The position numbers were made by a program, and so were the translations under genes. Shown piece after piece: positions 48,130 to 58,804 of a stretch of DNA of 64,000 nucleotides; the first letter of the stretch is position 1; each line of letters begins with the position of its first letter. Below the pieces are notes generated by a model. That model saw nothing but the letters and a program-made list of their open reading frames with translations. It did no database searches and had not been told where the DNA came from. The DNA is from an uncultured delta proteobacterium (lineage in GTDB: Bacteria > Desulfobacterota > Desulfobacteria > Desulfobacterales > QNYZ01). The stretch lies in the NCBI GenBank assembly GCA_963845145.1, contig CAWJQU010000013.1, forward strand, positions 128,001-192,000. The letters run 5' to 3'.

Positions 48130-49539
48130 CTATTGGTTGTCAATCTGTTGGTTGTCAATCTGTCGGTTGTCAATGATGGTGCCGGCTTGAACGATCATCT
48201 GGGAAATAGCGGGGTTTTTAATCGTAACACGCCCTTTGATGGTCACTTGGGCTTCAAAAGCCACATCGCCCTCAATAGACAAAGATTCACATTCGATAAG
48301 TGATGGAATCCCGACTGCAAAGCGGGCATCAAAGTCGTCAATTTTCTGATAATAGCGATTGTCCAGCCCTATTTGAATAGGCGGTCGTTTGCGGTTGGGG
48401 TTCGAATGCAGCGTGAAATCGTGATTGAGCAGGAAACAATCGGAACGGACTGCCAGGAGGTCACTGCATTTTTTGATAGGCATAAACCGGCTGCGGGGCA
48501 CGCGGACGGCAGTGGCGTCCTCAAACAGGGAGATGGCCGCACCCATGGCCGTTTCAATCTGATATACAGGCGGGCTGGTGTCATCCCGCGGGGCCACTGT
48601 TTTGGGGTTGATAATTATGGGCAAATGAATCGCGCCTTCTTTTTGAATGAGTGCCCCGATTTTTTCCAGATCCACCCAGATATTATTGGTATTAAAATAG
48701 CGGTATTGTCGAATGTCTTTAAATGCGTCAATTTCATTTTCCGGGCACTGGGCCGACTCTCTCAATACCAGCCGGCCGTCGAAGCGCCTGGCAATATGGC
48801 CGCCCTTGATATCCGACGGTGTTTTTTCAGCCACCTCCATCATGAAAGGGAAGTTTTTTTCGGAAAAATACCCTAGTAAACCGGCATCTAAAGTGGCACC
48901 CAGATTATCCGAGTTGGCGATAAAGGCGTATTTTATCCCGTGATCAAGAAGGTTTTTAAGCATACCGGAGGCTGATAGGGCCGTAAAAATATCCCCATGC
49001 CCCGGTGGGTTCCACTCCAGAGAAGGATCGGCAGGCCATGTCACTGGTGTCAGGGTGTCCTGTCGAATTTTGGGAAATTTGTTCTGAATGAACAACAGCG
49101 GGTTTTGCTTCGGGCCGATGGCGTTCAGGGCCGCAATGGTTTCCTCGTGGGTGCTGAAACTGTTCATCAGGGCCAGCTTGACACCTTGATATTCTACCTG
49201 TCCCAGAATGATCCCGAGAAAAGAATGATCGTCTTTAATCGGCAAGAGCGATTTGGGGCCGGTTAGACCCATGGAAGTGCCGAGGCCGCCGTTCAGTCGT
49301 ATCATTATGGCCTTGCGCTCGACGGTCTTGCCTTTCTCAATAAAGGGGTTGAGGTCTTCGAATGAGGCAATCTCTTCAGGAAGTATTGGGGCAATGTCGG
49401 CATTGCAGATCAAACCGCTTTCGCCGCTGGCTACCTGACCGTAATAGTGGGCAAAGGTATCGATAACCACCGGCGGCAGACCGCCGATCTTCATTTTTTC
49501 TTTAAACAAGGTCAGCTTATCTTTCAAGTGATCATTCAT
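48130..49539 (-). CDS. UTP--glucose-1-phosphate uridylyltransferase, eukaryote-like UDPGP family
   Basis: LNGGLGTSMG..GPKS, MNSFST, WNPPGHGD, NSDNLGA, FNTNNIW, QIETAMGAAI, RFMPIK. Confidence 0.92.
   Translation of the reverse strand: MNDHLKDKLTLFKEKMKIGGLPPVVIDTFAHYYGQVASGESGLICNADIAPILPEEIASFEDLNPFIEKGKTVERKAIMIRLNGGLGTSMGLTGPKSLLPIKDDHSFLGIILGQVEYQGVKLALMNSFSTHEETIAALNAIGPKQNPLLFIQNKFPKIRQDTLTPVTWPADPSLEWNPPGHGDIFTALSASGMLKNLLDHGIKYAFIANSDNLGATLDAGLLGYFSEKNFPFMMEVAEKTPSDIKGGHIARRFDGRLVLRESAQCPENEIDAFKDIRQYRYFNTNNIWVDLEKIGALIQKEGAIHLPIIINPKTVAPRDDTSPPVYQIETAMGAAISLFEDATAVRVPRSRFMPIKKCSDLLAVRSDCFLLNHDFTLHSNPNRKRPPIQIGLDNRYYQKIDDFDARFAVGIPSLIECESLSIEGDVAFEAQVTIKGRVTIKNPAISQMIVQAGTIIDNRQIDNQQIDNQ
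48135..48174. repeat. 15-bp tandem repeat (about 2.7 copies) encoding the IDNxQ C-terminal tail
   Basis: GGTTGTCAATCTGT(T/C) at 48135, 48150 and 48165 (partial). Confidence 0.85.
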
Positions 49540-49557
49540 TACGGCAAAGCCCAGAAC

Positions 49558-50622
49558 TTAGGTAACCGGCTCAATCCACGCCAATTTATCCTCGGTACGG
49601 CCATATTGAATATCGGTGATGGTCTGATAAAGTTTTTTCGCCAGAGGGCCAACCTTACCATCCGTAACCTTGATCACCTGGTCGTCGTATTTCAGCTCCC
49701 CCACTGGGGAAATCACCGCTGCAGTACCGGAACCGAAAATTTCCTGAAGGCGACCCCCGGCATGGGCCGACATGATTTCAGTGATACTGATTTGGCGCTC
49801 GGCGACTTTCATATTCCACGATTTGGCTAACGCGAGCACGGAATTGCGGGTAATACCCGGTAAAATACTGCCGCTTAAAGCGGGGGTGACTAAGGTGTCA
49901 TCGATAACGAAAAAGATATTCATCGAACCGACTTCTTCAATATTCTCCCGCTTGATGCCATCCAGCCACAACACCTGGGTGTAACCATTTTCGTGGGCCA
50001 TGTCGCCGGCGAACAGGCTGGCGGCATAATTACCGGCTGTTTTGGCTTCCCCCACACCGCCGGGCACGGCCCGTACATGGTCTTTGGATACCCATATTTT
50101 AACCGGGTCAAACCCTTCTGGATAATAAGCGCCCACAGGAGATAGAATAATAAAAAAGCGGTAAGTAAAGGACGCACGCACACCCAGATATGGATCTGTG
50201 GCAATAACGGTGGGGCGAATGTACAAAGACGTTTCGGGCGCCGACGGAACCCATCTTTGTTCATGTGTCAGTAATTGTTTTAATGCGTCCAGAGCGGCCG
50301 CTTCATCAAATTCGGGAATACAGAGCATACGACACGATCGATTGAGCCGTTTAAAATTGTCTTTGGGACGGAATAATTGAATCCGGTCGTCGTCGGTACG
50401 ATAGGCCTTTAGCCCCTCGAAAACGGCCTGGCCGTAGTGAAGGACCATGGTGGAGGGGTCCATGGCAATGGGCGCGTAGGGCTCGATGCGGGGGTTGTGC
50501 CAACCATCTTCCGGATTATAGTCCATGTTGAACATATGATCGGTGAAAATCGTGCCGAATCCGAGTTTGGATTGGTCGGGCAGGGCACTTAATTGATCAG
50601 CTTTACATATTTTTACCGACAT
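49558..50622 (-). CDS. ilvE: Branched-chain amino acid aminotransferase
   Basis: LHYGQAVFEGLKAY, LYIRP, AKTAGNY, EEVGSMN, ILPGITR, GTAAVISP. Confidence 0.95.
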   Translation of the reverse strand: MSVKICKADQLSALPDQSKLGFGTIFTDHMFNMDYNPEDGWHNPRIEPYAPIAMDPSTMVLHYGQAVFEGLKAYRTDDDRIQLFRPKDNFKRLNRSCRMLCIPEFDEAAALDALKQLLTHEQRWVPSAPETSLYIRPTVIATDPYLGVRASFTYRFFIILSPVGAYYPEGFDPVKIWVSKDHVRAVPGGVGEAKTAGNYAASLFAGDMAHENGYTQVLWLDGIKRENIEEVGSMNIFFVIDDTLVTPALSGSILPGITRNSVLALAKSWNMKVAERQISITEIMSAHAGGRLQEIFGSGTAAVISPVGELKYDDQVIKVTDGKVGPLAKKLYQTITDIQYGRTEDKLAWIEPVT

Positions 50623-50806
50623 TTTTCGTTCCTTATTAGTTAGGCTTGGTTTCGGTTAACAATTAAGGGGCGTCCCTTTGGGCTATTCGCTCGTTTGAGC
50701 CGTGTAAATAAGGTTTCAGGTTAACCCATCCGGGAAAATAAAATCAAGTTTAAAGTGAGAACACCTGCGTCCTTGGAAAAAATGGTCGAATATTGAGGGG
50801 GCCGTA

Positions 50807-51904
50807 TTAATAGATAGAAAGCGAGGTTTTTGCATCAAAAATATGCAGATGTTTCAGGTTGAAGGCGAGCTTCATTTTTTCGCCGACGTTAATGATTCTT
50901 CTTCCCTCACTTCTAGCGATAAATTTTACACCTTGAAGATCGACGTGCATATTGGTTTCACCGCCCAAAGGTTCGACGACTTCAACCACGCCGTCCACTT
51001 TCCACGCTTGCGGGACGTTAGTGTCACCGTTATCAACGATTAAATCTTCTGTGCGCAGACCCATGACGACTTCCATCCCAGCAGCGATGGTGGCATCTGA
51101 TTTTTTCGGAATGGGGATCTGTATTGAGCCGGGAAATTTAAGTTCTAGCTCTGTACCGGATAGGACAATTTTGGCTGGGACCAGGTTCATGGGCGGGCTG
51201 CCGATAAATCCGGCTACAAAAGTGTTTCCCGGCTTCTGAAACAGTTCGATGGGTTTTCCAATCTGTTCAATATATCCGGCCCGCATGACGACTATTCGAT
51301 CAGCCAGGGTCATTGCCTCCACCTGGTCATGCGTTACATAAATAATGGTGGTTTGAACGGTTTGGTGGAGCAGTTTTATTTCCGTGCGCATCTGTGTGCG
51401 CAGCTTGGCGTCCAGGTTGGATAGAGGCTCGTCAAACAGAAAGATGGATGGCTTTCGGACCATGGCTCTTCCCATGGCAACCCTTTGACGCTGACCGCCC
51501 GACAATTGGTAGGGTTTACGTTTGAGAAGATCGCTGAGTTCCAAAATATCTGCCACCTCGTTTACCCTCTTTTGGATTTCAGCGGCAGGGGTTTTGCTCA
51601 GCTTTAGCCCAAAACTCATATTGTTGAAAACGTCCATGTGGGGGTACAAGGCGTAGTTTTGAAATACCATCGCCGCTCCCCGGTCTTTCGGCGCGATATC
51701 GTTTACAACCCGATTATCAATGCGAATCTCCCCTTTGGTAATTTTTTCCAAACCGGCAATTAGCCTTAATACCGTTGATTTACCGCAACCAGACGGGCCC
51801 ACAAGGACCACAAATTCCCCGTCGCTGATATCAAGATCAACGCCATGAATCACTTCTATTTTGCCGAATCTTTTTACAATACCTTTTAAGGTGACGCTTG
51901 CCAT
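50807..51904 (-). CDS. ugpC: Sugar/G3P ABC transporter ATP-binding subunit
   Basis: [35 protein letters not shown] and a TOBE tail. Confidence 0.85.
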   Translation of the reverse strand: MASVTLKGIVKRFGKIEVIHGVDLDISDGEFVVLVGPSGCGKSTVLRLIAGLEKITKGEIRIDNRVVNDIAPKDRGAAMVFQNYALYPHMDVFNNMSFGLKLSKTPAAEIQKRVNEVADILELSDLLKRKPYQLSGGQRQRVAMGRAMVRKPSIFLFDEPLSNLDAKLRTQMRTEIKLLHQTVQTTIIYVTHDQVEAMTLADRIVVMRAGYIEQIGKPIELFQKPGNTFVAGFIGSPPMNLVPAKIVLSGTELELKFPGSIQIPIPKKSDATIAAGMEVVMGLRTEDLIVDNGDTNVPQAWKVDGVVEVVEPLGGETNMHVDLQGVKFIARSEGRRIINVGEKMKLAFNLKHLHIFDAKTSLSIY

Positions 51905-52119
51905 TATTACGCCCCATGCTGGTTTTTTTTCTTGCGAGTAAAGGAGATCAAGCTGCTATCCTGATTTGCCAAACAATATTGAAACCATTTTTGTATCACA
52001 ATGTCAAGAATTGATGGCTTTGTTAAAAAGCTGAAATTTCAATTTATCATGTTTATTGCATATATTTGAAATTAAGGCATTTATTTATATTACAACCGGG
52101 CTTTTTCAGTATTTATTTC

Positions 52120-52148
52120 TTGACTCACCGGCAAATTCTTCCTAACCT
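52120..52148 (+). promoter_or_regulatory. Putative sigma70 promoter of ugpBAE
   Basis: TTGACT-17 bp-TAACCT. Confidence 0.45.
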
Positions 52149-52221
52149 TACGGCGGATTAAATATCGTTGTTCAAGCGGTTAAAGTGATAGATCAACTTT
52201 AGATGAACAAAGGAGGGTGAA

Positions 52222-53556
52222 ATGAAGAAAACGCGCAGAATATCTCTTATCGGTGTACTTGGCGTTACCTTGATATTTTTTGCCGGTCAGGCACTGGCCG
52301 CGCCAATAACCCTCAATTGGTGGCACGCCATGAAGGGGGCGCGCGGCGAAGTCGTCAATACCATGATAAAGGCATTTAATGACTCGCAGTCTGACTATGT
52401 CGTGGTGGGAGCGTATAAGGGAAATTATGACGAAACCGTGAATGCCGGTGTTGCCGCCTATCGTGCCAAAAAACAGCCCCACTTGCTACAGGCCTTTGAG
52501 GTCGGTACACAGACCATGATGCTTTCCGGTGCGGTCTATCCCGTCTTCAAGCTCATGAAAGATGAGGGGCATAATATTGATTGGTCCGGATATCTCCAAC
52601 CGGTTCTCTCTTATTACATGAATGCAGATGGCAACCTGATGTCCATGCCTTTTAATTCATCCACGCCGGTGATGTATTATAATGTGGATCTTTTTAAAAA
52701 GGCCGGCATCGCGGCACCCCTGTCAAAGACCGAGCCGATCACTTGGGATGCGCTGGGCGACATTACCGGAAAGCTCGTTAAATCCGGCGTGGCCGGCGGT
52801 ATGGTTACCGGATGGCAGTCCTGGACACAGGTTGAAAACTACAGCGCCATCCATAATATTCCTTTTGCCACCAGGGCCAATGGATATGAAGGCCTTGATT
52901 GCGAACTGACCATCAATAACCCCAAGGTAGTTAATCATATTACCCGGTTGAAATCCTGGATGGCCGACAAGCGATTTTTTTACGGTGGTCAAAAATTCCA
53001 GGGACCCAAGGCGGAGTTTATAGCGCAGAATGCAGGGGTTTATATCGACTCCATTAGCGCTATTGCCAAATTACAAAAGGCCGTGAAAGATTTCACCTGG
53101 GATGTGGCGCCCTTGCCGGTAGAAGCATGGATGAAAGAACCACAGAACAGCATTATTGGCGGCGCTTCGCTTTGGGTGTTCAATGGGCATGACAAAAAAG
53201 ATTATAAGGGCGTTGCCGCCTTTTTAAACCATATGGCCACCCCGGAGATGCAGATGTACTGGCATAAGGAAACCGGGTATTTTCCGATTACATTGAAGGC
53301 CTATGACACGCTTAAAGAGCAGGGATATTATGAGGAGAACCCTCTCAAGGAAGTCGGCATCAAACAGCTGACCCGGCGGATTCCAACCAAAATTTCCCGT
53401 GGTCTTCGCCTGGGATACTTTATTCAGATCCGAAATATCATCAACGAAGAGTTTGAACTGGTATGGAACGACACGAAAACGCCCCAGGCCGCCCTTGATA
53501 ACGCCGTAAAGCGGAGCAACCTGAAGTTGCGTGAATTTGAAAAAGTGTACAAATAA
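52222..53556 (+). CDS. ugpB: sn-glycerol-3-phosphate-type ABC substrate-binding protein
   Basis: Signal peptide, WWHAMKG, KGNYDET, FEVGT, PFNSSTP, GWQSW, IIGGASLW. Confidence 0.85.
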   Translation: MKKTRRISLIGVLGVTLIFFAGQALAAPITLNWWHAMKGARGEVVNTMIKAFNDSQSDYVVVGAYKGNYDETVNAGVAAYRAKKQPHLLQAFEVGTQTMMLSGAVYPVFKLMKDEGHNIDWSGYLQPVLSYYMNADGNLMSMPFNSSTPVMYYNVDLFKKAGIAAPLSKTEPITWDALGDITGKLVKSGVAGGMVTGWQSWTQVENYSAIHNIPFATRANGYEGLDCELTINNPKVVNHITRLKSWMADKRFFYGGQKFQGPKAEFIAQNAGVYIDSISAIAKLQKAVKDFTWDVAPLPVEAWMKEPQNSIIGGASLWVFNGHDKKDYKGVAAFLNHMATPEMQMYWHKETGYFPITLKAYDTLKEQGYYEENPLKEVGIKQLTRRIPTKISRGLRLGYFIQIRNIINEEFELVWNDTKTPQAALDNAVKRSNLKLREFEKVYK

Positions 53557-53581
53557 GTTTTTCCGAAAACCACGTCTAATT

Positions 53582-53620
53582 TAAACAGCGTTTCTCTCGT
53601 TAGGGGGAAACGCTGCTTTA
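53582..53620 (+). terminator. Intercistronic stem-loop after ugpB
   Basis: CAGCGTTTC / GAAACGCTG stem. Typical position for a structure that raises binding-protein mRNA relative to the permeases. Confidence 0.55.
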
Positions 53621-53700
53621 GGGCTCTGGGAAGAACGCATTCCACATAAAATGATACCATTGGGGAATGTTTTGTCTCTACGGCCTGGCATGAAGTCGAT

Positions 53701-54591
53701 ATGATTAAACGGTCATTCTTTACCTCTAAATCCCTGCCTTATCTTCTGATACTGCCCCAGTTTCTGATTACGGCAACCTTTTTTTACTGGCCGGCATTGC
53801 AGGGGATAGCGCAGTCAGTTATGCGCAGCGATCCTTTTGGACAGCGCAGCGTGTTTATCTGGCTGGAAAATTTCACCGCGCTTTTTGCCGATCCGCTGTA
53901 TCTCAAATCTATTGGAATTACACTTTTCTTCAGTGCATCTGTGGCGGTCGTTTCAATTTCTATCGGTCTTTTTATCGCCACCATGGCCAATCGCGCATTG
54001 AAGGCAAAGGCATTGATTCGTACCATGCTGGTCTGGCCTTATGCAGTCGCACCGGCTATTTCCGGTATCTTATGGCTTTTCCTGCTTCACCCGTCTTATG
54101 GTATTGTTTCTATAACCATTAAGCGGTGGTTCGGGATTGACTGGAATCCTGTACTGGATGGAAAAGATGCACTGTTTATGGTGATTATCGCCAGTGCCTG
54201 GAAAGAAATCTCCTATAATTTTGTTTTTTTTATCGCCGGTATGCAGGCAATCCCCAAATCGCTGATCGAAGCCGCGGCCATGGATGGCGCCAGCCCATTT
54301 AGAAGATTTTGGAAAATAACCCTCCCGCTGCTGTCGCCCACGCTCTTTTTCCTGACGGTAATGAATATTATCTACGCTTTTTTTGAAACTTTCGGCGTGA
54401 TTCACATGATGACCCAGGGAGGCCCGGGCGGTGCGACCAATATTTTAGTCTATAAAGTTTACCAGGACGGGTTTATCGGCCTGGATATGGGTTCTTCGGC
54501 CGCACAGTCCATTGTATTGATGAGCCTGATCATCGTTATAACTGTTTTTCAATTCAAATATGTGGAAAGAAAGGTCCAATACGCGGGATGA
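53701..54591 (+). CDS. ugpA: ABC permease UgpA
   Basis: PYLLILPQ, DPFG, PYAVAP, EAAAMDGA, LLSPT. Confidence 0.85.
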   Translation: MIKRSFFTSKSLPYLLILPQFLITATFFYWPALQGIAQSVMRSDPFGQRSVFIWLENFTALFADPLYLKSIGITLFFSASVAVVSISIGLFIATMANRALKAKALIRTMLVWPYAVAPAISGILWLFLLHPSYGIVSITIKRWFGIDWNPVLDGKDALFMVIIASAWKEISYNFVFFIAGMQAIPKSLIEAAAMDGASPFRRFWKITLPLLSPTLFFLTVMNIIYAFFETFGVIHMMTQGGPGGATNILVYKVYQDGFIGLDMGSSAAQSIVLMSLIIVITVFQFKYVERKVQYAG

Positions 54592-54597
54592 GCGGCA

Positions 54598-55518
54598 ATG
54601 GTTGAAAAAACCCCCATTTTAGACACCCTGACCTATGTGTTTTTAATACTGGGAATTGTTATCGTCGGGTTTCCAATTATTTATTCTATTATTGCGGCCA
54701 CGCTTCCCATCGAAGAAGTGTCGAAAGTTCCCATGCCATTTATCCCTGGTGATCAATTTTGGGTGAATATTCAAACTGCCTGGGAAAAGGGGAATTTGGG
54801 GACCAATTTGATCAATTCTTTCATCATGGCTTCCGGCATCACTTTTGGTAAAATTTTCGTATCCATGCTCGGCGCGTTTTCTATAGTCTATTTCGATTAC
54901 CGTCTCCGAACCGTCGCCTTCGTAACCGTGTTTTGCACATTGATGCTTCCCGTCGAGGTCAGAATTCTTCCCACCTATGAGATGGCTGCTAATGTATTCG
55001 GGCCACTTCAGCCGGTGTGGGATTTGCTGCACCTAAATGGTCTGGTGAGCTGGTTTGCCGGGCATGAAATCGAGGTGGCGCTGGAATGGAGCCTTCTGGA
55101 CAGCTACCCCGGATTAATATTGCCCCTGGTCGCTTCGGCAACATGCACGTTTCTTTTTCGGCAGTTTTTTCTTACCATTCCAGAAGAACTCTGTGAAGCG
55201 GCTAAAATGGACGGCGCCTCGCCGATGGTTTTTTTTCGAAAGATCCTCTTTCCCCTTTCCAAAACCAATATCGCTGCTCTGGTCGTTATCGAGTTTGTCT
55301 ATGGCTGGAACCAGTATCTGTGGCCATTGCTCATCACCACCAATCCCAAAATGTTGACTGCGGTGATCGGCCTTCAGAACCTGATCCCGGCCGCAGATGA
55401 TCTCCCCTACTGGAATGTGGCCCTTGCCGGTACACTGATTGTTATGCTGCCGCCTGTTTTGGTTGTCCTGTTAATGCAGCGCTGGTTTGTCAAAGGCCTT
55501 GTGGACCCCGAAAAATAA
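54598..55518 (+). CDS. ugpE: ABC permease UgpE
   Basis: TLMLPVEVRI, LFRQFF, EAAKMDGA, WNQYLWP, WFVKGLVDPEK. Confidence 0.85.
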   Translation: MVEKTPILDTLTYVFLILGIVIVGFPIIYSIIAATLPIEEVSKVPMPFIPGDQFWVNIQTAWEKGNLGTNLINSFIMASGITFGKIFVSMLGAFSIVYFDYRLRTVAFVTVFCTLMLPVEVRILPTYEMAANVFGPLQPVWDLLHLNGLVSWFAGHEIEVALEWSLLDSYPGLILPLVASATCTFLFRQFFLTIPEELCEAAKMDGASPMVFFRKILFPLSKTNIAALVVIEFVYGWNQYLWPLLITTNPKMLTAVIGLQNLIPAADDLPYWNVALAGTLIVMLPPVLVVLLMQRWFVKGLVDPEK

Positions 55519-55609
55519 TTTTTCTTGTGGGGTATTCCTACCTGCTTACGGCGGCCCTAATAATAAAAAAAAACGTCAAGGTCGTCATTGAAACGGCTTT
55601 AAGATGTCT

Positions 55610-56398
55610 TTAACGCAATAGATGGTCTACAATTTCTGCAAAACCGTTTCCCCCGATTCGGCTGGCTCTGTAGGGCGGCAGGTATTTTAGCTGATTCTTG
55701 AAATTCAGAATGTTTTTTACCCCCGCCGAATGGGGAAAAAATCGAAACATCGGCTCATCATTGGGGGAGTCGCCCACATATAAGATGTGCTCTTTTTCAT
55801 CATTTAATTTTAATGTGAAAACTTCGTCAAGTAACAACCGGGTCATTGAAAGCTTATCGTAATCTCCGAACCAGCCGTTCACATGAATAGAGCTGACCTT
55901 GGCCATTGCACCGGCCCGAACAAAGAGGTCGACAATGTCCTTGATCGCCGATTGGGGCAACGGGTTGACATCCTCGCAAAAATCGATGGCCAGATCCGCT
56001 TCACGATATGCCTGATCCGCCGATACACCGCAGCCAGGGACTTGTTTTAAAATGGTCATCTGCAAGGCTGCCAATTTTTCCCGATCCTCGGCTCGTTGCG
56101 CGGCGGTTTTCCAGTACCGTCGTATCATCTTCTTCTTTTGATCGTCGTAGCTGAAATAAAACGCCCCGTTTTCCCCCACCACCGCATTAACGGGCCACAT
56201 CCGAGCAATATGATCGCACCAGCCGGCCGGCCGGCCGGTGATGGGAATGACGACCATTCCGGCGGACTGCAGGCGTTCCAGAGCGGTAAAGGCGATAGCC
56301 GGCAGGCGGCCTTCGATGGTCAGGGTATCATCGATGTCGGTAAGGACGAATTGGATGCGCTTTTTTTCAGATTCCGGAAACGTTTCAAATGGTTTCAT
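55610..56398 (-). CDS. HAD-IIB-family hydrolase
   Basis: TDIDDTLT, ITGR, GENG, K, GDSPND. Confidence 0.88.
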   Translation of the reverse strand: MKPFETFPESEKKRIQFVLTDIDDTLTIEGRLPAIAFTALERLQSAGMVVIPITGRPAGWCDHIARMWPVNAVVGENGAFYFSYDDQKKKMIRRYWKTAAQRAEDREKLAALQMTILKQVPGCGVSADQAYREADLAIDFCEDVNPLPQSAIKDIVDLFVRAGAMAKVSSIHVNGWFGDYDKLSMTRLLLDEVFTLKLNDEKEHILYVGDSPNDEPMFRFFPHSAGVKNILNFKNQLKYLPPYRASRIGGNGFAEIVDHLLR

Positions 56399-56589
56399 GC
56401 GGTTCCCTTTTGTTTTGTGTACCATCTTGTGGATCATCGGCATGTAACACGATCCAACGGTTTTTGAAAAGCCGACGGAGACAGCCTTTTGTGTTGATAC
56501 CGTATTGACACTTGCGTCGCCCCATGGCTAGTGTTACGCATCACGAACCATCAAAATGATTAAATGATATAAAAAATAAAGGATCCCAC

Positions 56590-57384
56590 ATGGAACAATC
56601 AGAAAAACCGGATGAACAGGCAGCCAGTATTGATCCGGTAAAGCTCAATAAAAAAAGCCCCTTTGCCTTCGAATGCCACAAAATGGTTAAATGTTTCACC
56701 AAATGTTGTCGCGGGATCAACATCGTCCTGACCCCGTACGATGTCATTCGTTTGAAAAACCGGATGAACCTGCCGTCGGATGAGTTTTTAGCGATTTACA
56801 CCAAACCGGAGTTGTTGGAGAAAACGGATTTGCCGGTGGTCACCTTAAAAATGCTTGATGACGAGCAGGAGTCGTGTCCCTTTGTGCGCGATGATGGATG
56901 CCTGGTCTATGAAGATCGCCCTTCCTCGTGCCGCTACTATCCTTTAGGCGTGGCTTCGTTAAGTCACAAAGAGGGTGCCGACGATGAGGGGTTTTATTTT
57001 TTTGTGCACGAATCTCACTGTTTGGGTTTCGAAGAGAAAAAAGATTGGACTGTTGAAAAATGGCGCAAAGATCAGGGGGTCGACATTCATGATGAAATTA
57101 ACGCCGAGTGGACCGACCTGGTTGTGCGCAAACGTTCGTTTCCCAAAAACGTCATGCTTACAGAAGAGGCCAAGAAGATGTTTTTCCTGGCGAGTTACAA
57201 TATCGATAAGTTCAAGGAATTTGTTTTTGACAGTAGCTTTCTGGATCGTTACGCTATCGATTCCGAAACGATTGCGGACTTAAAAAAAGATGAAATTGCC
57301 CTGCTGAAATTCGGTATGCGCTGGATTAAATTTTTATTGTTCAAAGAGGGGGATTTCGAATTAAAAAAGGCGCCTGCCGACTGA
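56590..57384 (+). CDS. YkgJ-family cysteine-cluster protein
   Basis: FECH...CFTKCC, LTPYD, CPF...GCLVYEDRPSSCRYYP. Confidence 0.88.
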   Translation: MEQSEKPDEQAASIDPVKLNKKSPFAFECHKMVKCFTKCCRGINIVLTPYDVIRLKNRMNLPSDEFLAIYTKPELLEKTDLPVVTLKMLDDEQESCPFVRDDGCLVYEDRPSSCRYYPLGVASLSHKEGADDEGFYFFVHESHCLGFEEKKDWTVEKWRKDQGVDIHDEINAEWTDLVVRKRSFPKNVMLTEEAKKMFFLASYNIDKFKEFVFDSSFLDRYAIDSETIADLKKDEIALLKFGMRWIKFLLFKEGDFELKKAPAD

Positions 57385-57522
57385 TGCAAGACCTTTTAGG
57401 GTGAATGCGCGCAGATTACGATCATTAAATCCGAAGGCCCGATGCCCTCCCCGATGCCCCCTATGGTTGGGCCTCAAAATGATCGGGCCTCAAAAGCGGG
57501 TTGCGTTAGCCTATATCAGATT

Positions 57523-58560
57523 TTATTCATACGTCTCGTAACAAAGTCCCTCCCAGTTGGCCGGGTCCTCCAGACGTGCGGAAATATCCACATCGAAAAA
57601 GTCAGCCAGTGGCCGAAAAATTTCGGGATTATCGGTTTGAACTTTACGGGCAGCTTCCAGGACGACGTTGAGGCCGTTACGACTCATTTTTCCCAGTGGC
57701 TGGCGGCAGCTGCCGGAGGGCATACCGAGAACGCGCATCAGGGTTTTGATCCCCAGAGGGTTTCGGGCACGGCAGATCACCTCGCCGAAGGGGGTTTGTT
57801 CGGTGGTTTTTATGGTTACCAGACCGAACAGTGGTGCCAGGGCCCTATTGAGGCTTTGCGCTTTTTCCTTGTCGCCTTCTTGAAAACTGCGCACCATCTC
57901 AACCACGGCACCGGGGACCACATTTGATACAACGGATATGACGCCTGCGGCACGAATATCGGCGTCGGCCATCATATCATGGGTCAACCCGTCGTCACCG
58001 GACAGAATCGTAAAATCGGGGCCACAACATTGGCGCGTACGGCGCATGTTGTCCAGATTCGCGGTAGCTTCTTTGACCGTGTCGACATTTTTATATTTTT
58101 GGCTGAGCAGCGCCAGATCTTCCGGTAACAATTGGGCGCCCGTGCGTCCGGGGATCACGTAAGGGATAATGCGGGTCTCCGGGAAAGCGGCGGCAATCGG
58201 GGCCACATATTCATTGCGGATTTCCAGTGAACTGGGCCCGTTGTAGTAGGGGTCCACCAACAACAGGGCATCCGCGCCGGCGGCTACAGCATGCCGGGAA
58301 CCTTCAAGGGCCTCCGCCGTGTTGTTGCTGCCCGTACCCGCGATGCAGATACATTTGTCCTTTGTTTCTGCGGCGATTTTTTCGATCACGGTATTATGCT
58401 CTTCCCAATTCAACACCGGACTTTCACCGGTGGTCCCCACTGCCAGGATCCCACTGGTCCCACTGTCTATTTGATAGGCGACCAAGCGAAGCAATCCCTC
58501 TTCATCTACGATATCGTTTTTAAAAGGCGTGATGAGCGCTGTGTAACATTCTGTCGGCAT
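57523..58560 (-). CDS. dapA: 4-hydroxy-tetrahydrodipicolinate synthase
   Basis: TALITPF, GTTGES, PYYN, Y.IPGR, VKEA (Schiff-base Lys), SGDD. Confidence 0.9.
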   Translation of the reverse strand: MPTECYTALITPFKNDIVDEEGLLRLVAYQIDSGTSGILAVGTTGESPVLNWEEHNTVIEKIAAETKDKCICIAGTGSNNTAEALEGSRHAVAAGADALLLVDPYYNGPSSLEIRNEYVAPIAAAFPETRIIPYVIPGRTGAQLLPEDLALLSQKYKNVDTVKEATANLDNMRRTRQCCGPDFTILSGDDGLTHDMMADADIRAAGVISVVSNVVPGAVVEMVRSFQEGDKEKAQSLNRALAPLFGLVTIKTTEQTPFGEVICRARNPLGIKTLMRVLGMPSGSCRQPLGKMSRNGLNVVLEAARKVQTDNPEIFRPLADFFDVDISARLEDPANWEGLCYETYE

Positions 58561-58804
58561 TGTCTCCTCCTGATGATCGGACTTGGGTTTAAAAAATCGC
58601 GTATTTGCACGATGGGCACTGAAACAGTAAAAAGTTAAAAGGGATCAGGGCATTTATGTCAAGAAAAAAGATACTTTCTGTGGCCTCAGTCATACAATAG
58701 AGACCGAAAAAAATCCACTGGACAGGGGCCGGGCTTTCGCTTGACAAACGTCGCAAAGCGATAATACTTGTAGAATTATTAATCAACGAAATATCAAGGA
58801 AAAG

